64,000 nucleotides of DNA from Nitrospirota bacterium (GTDB lineage Bacteria > Nitrospirota > UBA9217): assembly GCA_963840455.1 (NCBI GenBank), contig CAWIYV010000007.1, positions 482,838 through 546,837 of the forward strand, written 5' to 3'. Under the pieces are notes generated by a model that was given only the letters and a program-made list of their open reading frames with translations, was not told the DNA's origin and searched no databases. Positions 8,330 through 16,788 of this stretch are shown piece by piece. The translations under genes and the position numbers were made by a program. Every line of letters begins with the position of its first letter. Position 1 is the stretch's first letter.

Positions 8330-9508
8330 TCAATTTACTTTCACAACGTGGTCCACGATGCTTCGCAAACGATCGTTAAACTGCAGTTGGCCCCATGAGG
8401 CTGCTTTCTGCCTTCCTCGCTCCTTGAGACGCGCACAAAGATTGTCATCGGTCCATAATGATTTAATGCATTGTGATATTTCCTCAAGCGATGAAGGATT
8501 GAAAAGCAGAGCTGCGTCTCCGACCTGATCTGGCATGCCATAGATACCGGATATGGCGACCGGACAGCCGGCGACAAAAGCTTCCAAGGGAGGAATATTG
8601 GTCGGACCGAAAAAGGTCGGCATAATAAGCGCACGGGCACGACGGTAGAGCTCAGGAATGTCTTCATCGGGAACATATCCCAGAATAACCACATCGTCCG
8701 TCAATTTCAGTTCTTGGATAAGCTTTATCACGGATTGAAAACCGCTCTTGATTGAACCGGTAAGGACCAACTTGAGGTCCGGGATGCTGGGTTTTAACAG
8801 GCCCACTGCGGTGATTAATCGCTTATGATTCTTGTGCTCCCAGAACTGAGCAGGATAGAAAATGAATTTTTGAGGAAGATGGTAACGACGGTCGAAACCT
8901 TCGGGAACTTGGTCCGCATAGATATAACGCGGCGCTACATAAGGCAGTACATGAATTCTGTCCTCGCGTAGTCCGTAGCTCTCCATCACGTGCTGTTTGC
9001 CGATGTCAGAGTCGACCAGGACGCCGCGTGCCCAAAAACAGGTATTGCGGCTGCCCCATTCCCTCATCCGGTACATGCCCGCAGCAGAGACTTCAGGGAA
9101 TCTCGATTCGTAACGATGCATTAAATCATGTATTGATGCAAGCACAGGAACAGGCATTTGAAAACTATAATCGTTTTGCGTCGGGATTATCCAGAGGTCG
9201 CAGCGAGCTGCAAGCAATGCTTTTGCAACAGGATGAAAATAAGGACATATGCGTCTCCAGATGGAAACGGGCAGCTGAAGCCACGACCAGGTCAACCTTG
9301 CAGCCCGGCCCCAAAATCCGTTCTTGATGAATATGGATTTGAGCTTTATGCCGCCCTGAAGATGCTCCTCCCACAGTTTGGATGTATATGCAACGACGAC
9401 AGAATGATTTTCATCCTGAAGGGCGTCAAGAGCAGCCAACATGGCCTGATTGTACTGGAACATGCCTCCGGAATAAGGTTCGGTACCGAGAAAAAGACCG
9501 ATATTCAT
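8330..9508 (-). CDS. Glycosyltransferase, GT-B fold (family 4 / group 1)
   Basis: C-terminal GT1 motif LIMPTFFGPTNIPPLEAFVAGCPVAISG. I prefer the ATG at 9508 (MNIGLFLG...), which forms an ATGA overlap with the upstream stop at 9505-9507. The ORF track extends to 9535. Confidence 0.8.
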   Translation of the reverse strand: MNIGLFLGTEPYSGGMFQYNQAMLAALDALQDENHSVVVAYTSKLWEEHLQGGIKLKSIFIKNGFWGRAARLTWSWLQLPVSIWRRICPYFHPVAKALLAARCDLWIIPTQNDYSFQMPVPVLASIHDLMHRYESRFPEVSAAGMYRMREWGSRNTCFWARGVLVDSDIGKQHVMESYGLREDRIHVLPYVAPRYIYADQVPEGFDRRYHLPQKFIFYPAQFWEHKNHKRLITAVGLLKPSIPDLKLVLTGSIKSGFQSVIKLIQELKLTDDVVILGYVPDEDIPELYRRARALIMPTFFGPTNIPPLEAFVAGCPVAISGIYGMPDQVGDAALLFNPSSLEEISQCIKSLWTDDNLCARLKERGRQKAASWGQLQFNDRLRSIVDHVVKVN

Positions 9509-10263
9509 ATACGCACCACGAAGCACACTCCCCACGTAGCGAAACCAGGCTTGTTATCCGACAGCCATTCGAAACTGTTCACGAGACTCAACCCGTGGTT
9601 CGATAAAATGAGCTCTATTTCCGGAGTGAACAAATACCGCATACGATGCACTTCATGTATTTCTTCGACGTTCCCAGTTACCTTGTCCATTACGAACATA
9701 TGATAGTTCACATCGACCCGGTTTTCCGCGGGATGCATCTCCGGTTCAGCGATGCGCGTAAGCCGTATACGCCCGTCTTCCAGTCGTTTCACGCGTACAG
9801 AAGGTTTTTGCGTTAGGACTGCCGGCCCATACCAGCAATCAAAGATAAAAATGCCGCCCGGATTAAGATGCACCCTGGCCGTTTCAAATGACGCCGATAA
9901 ATCTTCATTCGTGATCTGGTAGCTCATCACATGGAACATCGAGATCACAACATCAAATTGCTTACCTGTCCTGACTGTTCTAATATCACCTGGTGCAAAC
10001 GAAAGTTTTGCTTTTGGAACGTCTGCAATTCTTTGAGCGGCCAGAGCCAGCATTTCATGACTCTGATCTACGCCGTGCACTTCGTAGCCTTCCTTTGCCA
10101 AGAGGGATGCATGGATCCCGGTTCCGCAGCCTAGTTCAAGAATCGAACCGGCTTTTGGTGCATATTTCTGAATCAGACCCTGAATATAGTTCGACTCTTC
10201 TTCATAGGATTTATCCTTATACAGCAAATCGTAATACCGGGCATAGGAATTGAAGACGCTCAT
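9505..10263 (-). CDS. TylM1/DesVI-like SAM-dependent (amino)sugar N-methyltransferase
   Basis: ARYYDLLYKDKSYEEESNYI...ILELGCGTGIH...GDIRTVRTGKQFDVVISMF...NPGGIFIFDCWYGP...HEVHRMRYLFTPEIE. From memory this aligns motif-for-motif with TylM1 (ELYDLVHQGKGKDY...LLDVACGTGMH...GDMRDF..FSAVTCMF...VVVEPWWFP...HRITLFTREQYE). Confidence 0.7.
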   Translation of the reverse strand: MSVFNSYARYYDLLYKDKSYEEESNYIQGLIQKYAPKAGSILELGCGTGIHASLLAKEGYEVHGVDQSHEMLALAAQRIADVPKAKLSFAPGDIRTVRTGKQFDVVISMFHVMSYQITNEDLSASFETARVHLNPGGIFIFDCWYGPAVLTQKPSVRVKRLEDGRIRLTRIAEPEMHPAENRVDVNYHMFVMDKVTGNVEEIHEVHRMRYLFTPEIELILSNHGLSLVNSFEWLSDNKPGFATWGVCFVVRI

Positions 10264-11375
10264 TTCATGATCTCCACGACTGCTGATGCCGCCTTTTCCA
10301 TCTGCTCATTCGTAAGCGCTAGACCGCTCGGAATATAGAACCCTCTTCTCGCAAGGCGTTCCGCAACCGGATAGGACTGTCCATTAAACAGGCCGCTTGA
10401 TCGAAACACCGGCTGTTCGTGCATCGGCCAGAAAAAAGGCCTCGTGCCCACGTCTTTATTGGCGAGACGCCGCATGGCTTCTTCTGCATCAAAAGAGACT
10501 TCATCATTCAGGATAAGTCCGTATACCCAGTAAATGTTCTCTGCATACTCCTTTTTTGAGAGGGGCAATTGAATTCCTGGAACGGCGGAAAGCAGTTCCG
10601 TATAGAGCTTGCCCATGTGTCTTTTTCGCGACACAAATTCAGGAAGCCGTTCGGTCTGCGCCATACCGAGCGCGGCCTGCATATTGGTCATCCTGAAATT
10701 ATATCCCAGCTCATCATGCACGAAACGTTTCTTCTGAAAACAGAGGTTTCTGAGAGAACGGCACCTTTTGGCGAGTCGTTCATCATCAGTAACCAGCATC
10801 CCCCCCTCGCCGGTTGTAACATGCTTGTTCGGATAAAAGCTGAACGTACTGATGTCTCCGAAACTACCGCACGGTCTGCCCATATAGGTCTGACCGTGCA
10901 TCTGGGCGGCATCTTCGATGATGCGAAGTCCGTGCCTGGAAGCAAGGGAAAGGACAGCGTCCATTTCGACGGGCAGGCCGTAAATATGCACGACCATAAT
11001 GGCCTTCGTACGGGGAGTGATTTTTGCCTCGATCTGCAATACATCCATATTCCAGGTGTCCGGATCGCTGTCCACAAGGACCGGAACGCATCCGCGACGA
11101 ATCACGGCAGCGGCGCAGGAAATAATGGTGAAACTCGGCATGATGATCTCATCCCCTGGACGCAGTTCAAGCGCTGCGACAGCCACCTCTAAAGCTACCG
11201 TACCGTTGCAAACGGCAATACCGTACGTGCGGCCAGCCACTTGGGCCATGGTCTCCTCAAATCGTTGCACGAAGGGACCTTCAGACGAAATCCAGCCGGT
11301 ATCAATGCACTCGACAAGGTATTTTTTTTCATTACCGTCCAGCAATGGCTCATTGACGGGTATAAATTTGTTCAT
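10260..11375 (-). CDS. DegT/DnrJ/EryC1/StrS-family PLP-dependent sugar aminotransferase
   Basis: N-terminus IPVNEPLLDGNEKKYLVECIDTGWISSEGPFVQRFE. Lysine region SFYPNKHVTTGEGGM. 371 codons. ATGA overlap with the downstream methyltransferase. Confidence 0.9.
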   Translation of the reverse strand: MNKFIPVNEPLLDGNEKKYLVECIDTGWISSEGPFVQRFEETMAQVAGRTYGIAVCNGTVALEVAVAALELRPGDEIIMPSFTIISCAAAVIRRGCVPVLVDSDPDTWNMDVLQIEAKITPRTKAIMVVHIYGLPVEMDAVLSLASRHGLRIIEDAAQMHGQTYMGRPCGSFGDISTFSFYPNKHVTTGEGGMLVTDDERLAKRCRSLRNLCFQKKRFVHDELGYNFRMTNMQAALGMAQTERLPEFVSRKRHMGKLYTELLSAVPGIQLPLSKKEYAENIYWVYGLILNDEVSFDAEEAMRRLANKDVGTRPFFWPMHEQPVFRSSGLFNGQSYPVAERLARRGFYIPSGLALTNEQMEKAASAVVEIMK

Positions 11376-11377
11376 GG

Positions 11378-11809
11378 TCAGTCCTTAATGATCGTTTTAT
11401 CTTTCGAGATCCCGATAAATCGTGTCTTGTCCTGGTCCCCTGCATAGGGCCCCTGCTTCACTTCGATCATTTCTAATTCTTCCAACACGCTAAATCCATG
11501 GCCGCCTGTCGCCAGCAAAATTACGTCTCCCTCGTGCAGGATACGGCTTTCAAGATACATCTGGTGCTCATCATAAAAGTCGACCTGCAATTTCCCCCGT
11601 TTAACGAACAAAACCTCCTGTGTAAAATGCACTTCACGCGGCAAGGGATTATGCACATGCGGCGGTATCACTTTACCCACCGGGTGATGCATGTAGGCCA
11701 ATTGCTGAGAAAGGTCATTTGGCGTGACAAAGCTGACTCCCGGACTGTTGAACGTCGTGCGGATAATAATGGCCAGGAGCGTACCCTGATGCGTAATTTT
11801 CTCTATCAT
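11378..11809 (-). CDS. Small cupin-fold protein, candidate NDP-4-keto-6-deoxyhexose 3,4-ketoisomerase (FdtA/Tyl1a-like position)
   Basis: 143 codons. HxH cupin motif (PPHVHNP) followed by QEVLFVKRGKLQV and GDVILLATGGHGF. It lies directly upstream of the aminotransferase. The cupin fold is fairly clear, but the specific activity is only inferred from context. Confidence 0.55.
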   Translation of the reverse strand: MIEKITHQGTLLAIIIRTTFNSPGVSFVTPNDLSQQLAYMHHPVGKVIPPHVHNPLPREVHFTQEVLFVKRGKLQVDFYDEHQMYLESRILHEGDVILLATGGHGFSVLEELEMIEVKQGPYAGDQDKTRFIGISKDKTIIKD

Positions 11810-12714
11810 AACGAAACTCCCTTTAACGTTCCCGCCAGTTTGTTCATAACGCGCTTCATAAGGCCGGGTCGTAACGATCGTAAGAATGAGCTTACTTCAC
11901 CCCTGGCAAACTGATGTTCCTTCACGGGAATCGCTGCTACGTTCACCTTTGTCCCCGAGACTTTAGTAAAGAAGGCATTTGTTTTTCCGCCGTGCGTTCC
12001 GCTCGAGTCGTTGCCGATATTTTGAACAAGAGATATCCCTGGATAGAGTGTAAGTTTCCCTTTCAGAAAAGCTGAGGCGTACCAGCGAATTGCCCAGGAA
12101 TTATTCTTGCCGTCTATCTGATCACGCAACATTTTCGTATAGGGATAGGCACCGTCGAAATCAAACGACCTTTCCAGGCCTCTTTCATGGATTGCAGCAA
12201 GAAGTTTCCTCCCATCCTGCTCGAATACATCCCAGCCTCTTTTCCAGGTCGCCCATCCCCAGCAATCGGCCCCCTTCAGGAAAAAAGTATCCGGCATCGG
12301 CATTTTCATCGGAAACAGATAACCATGAACACTGACCACGTCATGTACGTTCTCGTATAATTCCAAAGCATCATGCATATAGGTCAGGAAAAAAGGAGAA
12401 GAAACCATGTCGTCTTCCAGTACGACAATTCGCCCATAGGAACCGACAATCTCAGTCACCCCGGATATGATTGACTGAGCCAATCCGACATTTTGTTCCC
12501 TTTCACGCACAACGATTTTTTTAAATCCGGTTACTGATTTAAGATATTGTCTGAGTTCATCAATCTTTTTAGCATCTCCGCCTGATCTTGGTCCGTCTGA
12601 AAAAATGAAAAGCAAGCTGTCGCCTGCCAGCTCATTCTTTTTCAAGGCCTCGACTGTTTGCATCGTATGCCATAATCTATTATAAACAAATAACGCAACG
12701 GGCGCCAGTTGCAT
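11806..12714 (-). CDS. GT-A fold glycosyltransferase (EDD motif, GnT-I-like)
   Basis: N-terminal VALFVYNRLWHTMQTVEAL and an acidic motif (IVVLEDDMV). 302 codons, with no TM segments. Confidence 0.6.
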   Translation of the reverse strand: MQLAPVALFVYNRLWHTMQTVEALKKNELAGDSLLFIFSDGPRSGGDAKKIDELRQYLKSVTGFKKIVVREREQNVGLAQSIISGVTEIVGSYGRIVVLEDDMVSSPFFLTYMHDALELYENVHDVVSVHGYLFPMKMPMPDTFFLKGADCWGWATWKRGWDVFEQDGRKLLAAIHERGLERSFDFDGAYPYTKMLRDQIDGKNNSWAIRWYASAFLKGKLTLYPGISLVQNIGNDSSGTHGGKTNAFFTKVSGTKVNVAAIPVKEHQFARGEVSSFLRSLRPGLMKRVMNKLAGTLKGVSL

Positions 12715-12742
12715 CGATTAATCCTTCCTGTCTTTAAACAGA

Positions 12743-13759
12743 TCATGCAGCATGCTGATCATTCTTCCTCATAAGCATGTCTCTTGCCATTTTTGCGGCA
12801 TTAACCAAGACCTTCATGAAACCGCTCGGAAGCGCCAGCAACATTTTGGTAAAAGAGAGATATGCAAAACTGAAGATGCGGGGAAGCCTCTCAAGTAATT
12901 TCTCGTTTAAACTCAGGCGTTCCAACCTGATTTTAACTATCAGTGATACAATATTTTTCCAGCAAAATTGAAAATGTTCTTTATAGATAGCGTCCGTAAT
13001 CATATCCGGATTGAGGCGATGATAATAGGTAATTACTTCAAGATAGCCGGTAAAAATATCAAGCACCTTCAGATAGCTTCTCTGCCAACCATTATCGGGG
13101 ATTCTCCCTTTTACATAGGGATGGGCAACAATATAGGTTTTGATATCCGGTAATAGGGCCAGTAAAACTCCCACTTGAATGTACTGCGTCCCGTAAAAGC
13201 GTTTTTTATCGATTCGATCCCATAACGATTTCCGTAAAATATATGCAGGAAGGAAAGTCGGCAAATTCATGCCGACCTTTGAAAGAAAATCCTTAGCGTC
13301 CGCGCAAGCCGTGTCGTTGTCCAGGAACAACACGCGATCGGCAATAACATTTTTCATGGTATGGTCATATTGTCCGTAATTCGCATAGATAAAATCGATA
13401 GCAGAGTCGCCTTGCAGGACGGATAGCACTTTTTCGATCGCTCCCTGTCCGATGATATCGTCCTGCCCGCAAAACCAGACGTATTTTCCGGTCGCATGAG
13501 CCGCAACTTGTTCAAAATTACGGTCCATGCCCAAGTTTTCACGGTTCTCAAAGAGCTTGACGTTGTCATAGTCATCGCGGAATTTCCCTGCGATTTGGCG
13601 CGTCGCATCGGTAGATCGGTCATCGCACAATACAACTTCGACCTTGTCACTGAGCGGTTGCGACAGAATGCTGTGCAGGGTTTCTGTTAAGAACTCTGAT
13701 CCGTTGTAAGTTGGTATTGCTATTGATATGATTTTCTGATCTGTGTCGTCGTTCTGCAT
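12743..13759 (-). CDS. Glycosyltransferase family 2 (GT-A)
   Basis: ISIAIPTYNGSEFLTETLHSILSQ...VEVVLCDDRSTD motif set. 338 codons. Confidence 0.85.
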   Translation of the reverse strand: MQNDDTDQKIISIAIPTYNGSEFLTETLHSILSQPLSDKVEVVLCDDRSTDATRQIAGKFRDDYDNVKLFENRENLGMDRNFEQVAAHATGKYVWFCGQDDIIGQGAIEKVLSVLQGDSAIDFIYANYGQYDHTMKNVIADRVLFLDNDTACADAKDFLSKVGMNLPTFLPAYILRKSLWDRIDKKRFYGTQYIQVGVLLALLPDIKTYIVAHPYVKGRIPDNGWQRSYLKVLDIFTGYLEVITYYHRLNPDMITDAIYKEHFQFCWKNIVSLIVKIRLERLSLNEKLLERLPRIFSFAYLSFTKMLLALPSGFMKVLVNAAKMARDMLMRKNDQHAA

Positions 13760-13816
13760 ATTGGTTTATCGCCGGCATCCTTCCCGTTTGGATCGGTTCA
13801 ATGATATTTCGAAGGA

Positions 13817-14713
13817 TCAGGGACGGAAAGCAAAGATATCGAGTTGAGAATCCATACCTGGCAGCGATTTTTCAATGTACGGGGTCTTCCTGACGGCGGC
13901 CTCTTTTATGTGATATCTGAAGCCTGCATCTTGCAGGATGGTTAGAATCTCCTGCAGCGATTGTTTTTCCTTGCTGTAGGAATGGTACTCAAGGAAGAGG
14001 TTTGCGACCGATTTCAGTTCGCCAGCGCAGTCCCTCAGTATCTCGGTCTCGGCACCCTCTACGTCTATTTTTAAAAAGTCCACATTTTGCTTAAGATAGT
14101 CCTTCAGCCTGATTGTTTTTACAGTGACCATATTTCCGCCATCACCGGGCTTCGGGATCCTGCCGCCCCAGCTGCCTTCAGCAAGAAACTGCAGCTCTGT
14201 TTCGGAGCTCCAAACCGCCTTATTATGCAGCTCGACATTCTGAAGTCCGAACGATTCAATGTTGCTTTGGAGAGCTTTGAAGACGCCCCTATCAGGTTCG
14301 AAGGCAATGATTTTGCAGTCGGGATAGAGTTTTTTGAAGAAAAGGATGCTCATCCCGATGTTGGCTCCGCAATCAATGATCAAGGGATTTTTACGGCTCG
14401 ACTCAAACTCGTAGTTATTTCGAACGAAGATCTCGTCGCACATCGAAAGAAATGAATCAGCGTCAACTATCTCCAATCTTTTGCCTATGAACTGAGCTGA
14501 TGTTTTGGTATAGCGAGGCAGTTTTTTGAGCCGATTAATCTCCTCCAGTTCTAATACGGTGCCAATATTGAGATTCAACGGTCGTCGCGCATAAAAGAAG
14601 CCCGGGAACAGCCGTTCTGCAACTGTTTTCGGGGATGCATTCCATAATTTAGTGAAGAGAGAGCGGCCCATGTAATTACTCCGTGATATAGTGCTGAATA
14701 AAGGGCCTTTCAT
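13817..14713 (-). CDS. FkbM-family SAM-dependent methyltransferase
   Basis: IIDCGANIGMSILFFKKLYPDCKIIAFEPDRGVFKALQSN and DFLKIDVEGAE motifs. I prefer the ATG at 14713, which makes an ATGA overlap with the upstream stop at 14710-14712. The ORF track extends to 14785. Confidence 0.8.
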   Translation of the reverse strand: MKGPLFSTISRSNYMGRSLFTKLWNASPKTVAERLFPGFFYARRPLNLNIGTVLELEEINRLKKLPRYTKTSAQFIGKRLEIVDADSFLSMCDEIFVRNNYEFESSRKNPLIIDCGANIGMSILFFKKLYPDCKIIAFEPDRGVFKALQSNIESFGLQNVELHNKAVWSSETELQFLAEGSWGGRIPKPGDGGNMVTVKTIRLKDYLKQNVDFLKIDVEGAETEILRDCAGELKSVANLFLEYHSYSKEKQSLQEILTILQDAGFRYHIKEAAVRKTPYIEKSLPGMDSQLDIFAFRP

Positions 14714-15684
14714 GAAAGTAGCAGCTGGAGTTTTCTTCTTATTCCGTCTGAAATGTATTTCAAACCAGCAGTGGAAGTCATCCATTTGAAAAATGATACG
14801 TACAGAACGTATGACATCTTGATACGACTGATGCCGTCTCTCAACCCTAGATCAATTTCTATTAAATCCCGCTGCTCCGGCGTAATCTTGGTATGTAATC
14901 CGTTGAACAAATCGTATAACGTTCTGTATGAAGGAGATTCTTTGTACGGATCATATTCACCGATCGTGACGTTCGGATCGCCTGCATTGATAAAAACCTG
15001 TTTATTTCCAAACGTAAAAAAAGGGATCCCCATTTCAACGGCATAATAAGCATAGGATCCAATCATGTTAGATGTGGCAAAAGAAAATTTTTTTAAAATA
15101 TCGTAAAATCGTTCGACGAACCTATCATCTAACGTATTCCCAGCTGTATAAATAGGAATATTATATTTTAAAAACAATTTGTGTCGGTCTTTCTTTATAT
15201 CATGCATATGCAAGCATACGCTGACCGGCTGAAATTCCGAAGGCAAATCCAAGAGCTGTTTAATGTATAACTCAACATCAGAGATATCGTCAATTGACGG
15301 TGTCGAATGCGCAGGGAATGCAAGCGTTCCTGATGCGTTCGCACTTTTGTTGATATAATTATTTCTTCTATAATAAACAAACGGTGAATACAAAACAAAA
15401 CAAGGTTTTGACGATACCTTTTTCCACTCCTTGACCGATTTCGGAGAGTGGTAAAATTGGCAAGGTGCATCCGAGTTTAACTCATGCTCATATGGATAGT
15501 CTTGACTGCTTGGCCCATGATCGGTATAAACACAGAGCGGTAAGAACTTGGGAAAATATCCGTACGCTCTGATATATTTACCGAAGCCATAAATATCAGC
15601 AGTCCAATAGGGTATTATCCTGGAGCGTTGTACGTTCTTATCACTGCATAAACGTAACAGTTCAGATTCACTCATACCTTGCAT
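14710..15684 (-). CDS. Hypothetical protein with no family recognised (soluble, about 324 aa), embedded in the glycan locus
   Basis: The open frame runs 14710-15822. Starting at the ATG at 15684 (MQGMSESELL) removes the 91-nt overlap with the upstream gene. Low GC like its neighbours. I see no Walker, SAM, DxD or GT-B E-x7-E motif. Aromatic-rich and lacks TM helices. Confidence 0.6.
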   Translation of the reverse strand: MQGMSESELLRLCSDKNVQRSRIIPYWTADIYGFGKYIRAYGYFPKFLPLCVYTDHGPSSQDYPYEHELNSDAPCQFYHSPKSVKEWKKVSSKPCFVLYSPFVYYRRNNYINKSANASGTLAFPAHSTPSIDDISDVELYIKQLLDLPSEFQPVSVCLHMHDIKKDRHKLFLKYNIPIYTAGNTLDDRFVERFYDILKKFSFATSNMIGSYAYYAVEMGIPFFTFGNKQVFINAGDPNVTIGEYDPYKESPSYRTLYDLFNGLHTKITPEQRDLIEIDLGLRDGISRIKMSYVLYVSFFKWMTSTAGLKYISDGIRRKLQLLLS

Positions 15685-15731
15685 ATTGAACTCTCGAAAA
15701 GGAACGACTGTCGTCGTCAATGCCGGCGATG

Positions 15732-16763
15732 CTAACGGTCTCTCCTGGCGATAATCCACATATTTGACGACAAGCCCTGCTGTGCGAGGAATTCCTGAAA
15801 AGCAGTGCCAGACCGTTCCCATTCGTCAATAAGCACGCGTTGCAGGAAGGGCTGTTGTGAGATATCGAACCTGTTATCAAGGACTTTATTCCGGACCAGC
15901 TCTGCATCAAGCTTGCCCGGCGTAAAGGTCTCCAGCACCGTGTATCCGCATGATTCAAGCAACAAAGACAGTGATCGCGGGTTAAAATAGTTTAAATGTT
16001 CATGATCGATCGTGTCGCTTATGCTCCCCAATGTTTGAACATCAAATCCCTTTCCATTCGGGCACGATAGAACCAGTATTCCGCATGGTTGCAGAACTCG
16101 ATAGATCTGTTTAACGAAATCTCGTGGGGAGAATAAATGCTCGACAACTTCAAAGTTTACGACGACATTGAACAATTCAGTCTGTTGAAAGGAAATTTTC
16201 TCGATTGGGAGTTCGATGGTTTCCAACCCCTTCTTGCGACATGTGTTTGCCAGGTCCGGTGTCGGTTCAACAGCGACGACTCGTTTAAAGATCTTGCGAG
16301 ACTGCAGCTCAACACAAAATGTACCAAATCCCGCCCCTACTTCCAGTAAAGAGTTCGTTTCTATACCGTATTTTTTGCAGATAGATAAAAGCTCGTTCAC
16401 TCTCGGCAGCATGATCCGTTCGCGGCGGGCTTTTTCGGATGCGGGGAAAATGACATTGTTCCAATACGCATAATTTTCCGATCCACGGTAGAACCACTGC
16501 AATACCTCCGGGCCCGGACGCGGGTTCATGTACATGGTTTCGCACTGTGTGCATTCAACATAATCCAGGCCGCGTTTTTCAAATTTGTGAACGTATTGTC
16601 TTGCATCACATGCAGGGCACGGTACTGAGATAAACTCTTTCCGCCTTGATAGCAGTCTGCCGACGTCCGTGAGCATGGCTACCTGTTGGTCCTGCATCAG
16701 CTCTTTTGGCCTGATGTCCTGCTCACTTAGTTGCCCCGGCGTATCGTTAAGATCTCTGTTCAT
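15732..16763 (-). CDS. Class I SAM-dependent methyltransferase with N-terminal zinc ribbon
   Basis: CPAC..(16)..CTQC ribbon followed by MNPRP. SAM motif LLEVGAGFGTF, and later FEVVEHLFSP. Confidence 0.8.
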   Translation of the reverse strand: MNRDLNDTPGQLSEQDIRPKELMQDQQVAMLTDVGRLLSRRKEFISVPCPACDARQYVHKFEKRGLDYVECTQCETMYMNPRPGPEVLQWFYRGSENYAYWNNVIFPASEKARRERIMLPRVNELLSICKKYGIETNSLLEVGAGFGTFCVELQSRKIFKRVVAVEPTPDLANTCRKKGLETIELPIEKISFQQTELFNVVVNFEVVEHLFSPRDFVKQIYRVLQPCGILVLSCPNGKGFDVQTLGSISDTIDHEHLNYFNPRSLSLLLESCGYTVLETFTPGKLDAELVRNKVLDNRFDISQQPFLQRVLIDEWERSGTAFQEFLAQQGLSSNMWIIARRDR

Positions 16764-16788
16764 GTGTTTTATCCCTTACTGATGTTGC

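Noticed and set aside
8044-8528. Small ORFs (76 aa on the minus strand, 90 aa on the + strand) in or around the AT-rich spacer
   Set aside because: No SD and no recognisable domain. The + strand ORF runs antisense into the GT4 gene. They look like chance frames in AT-rich DNA.
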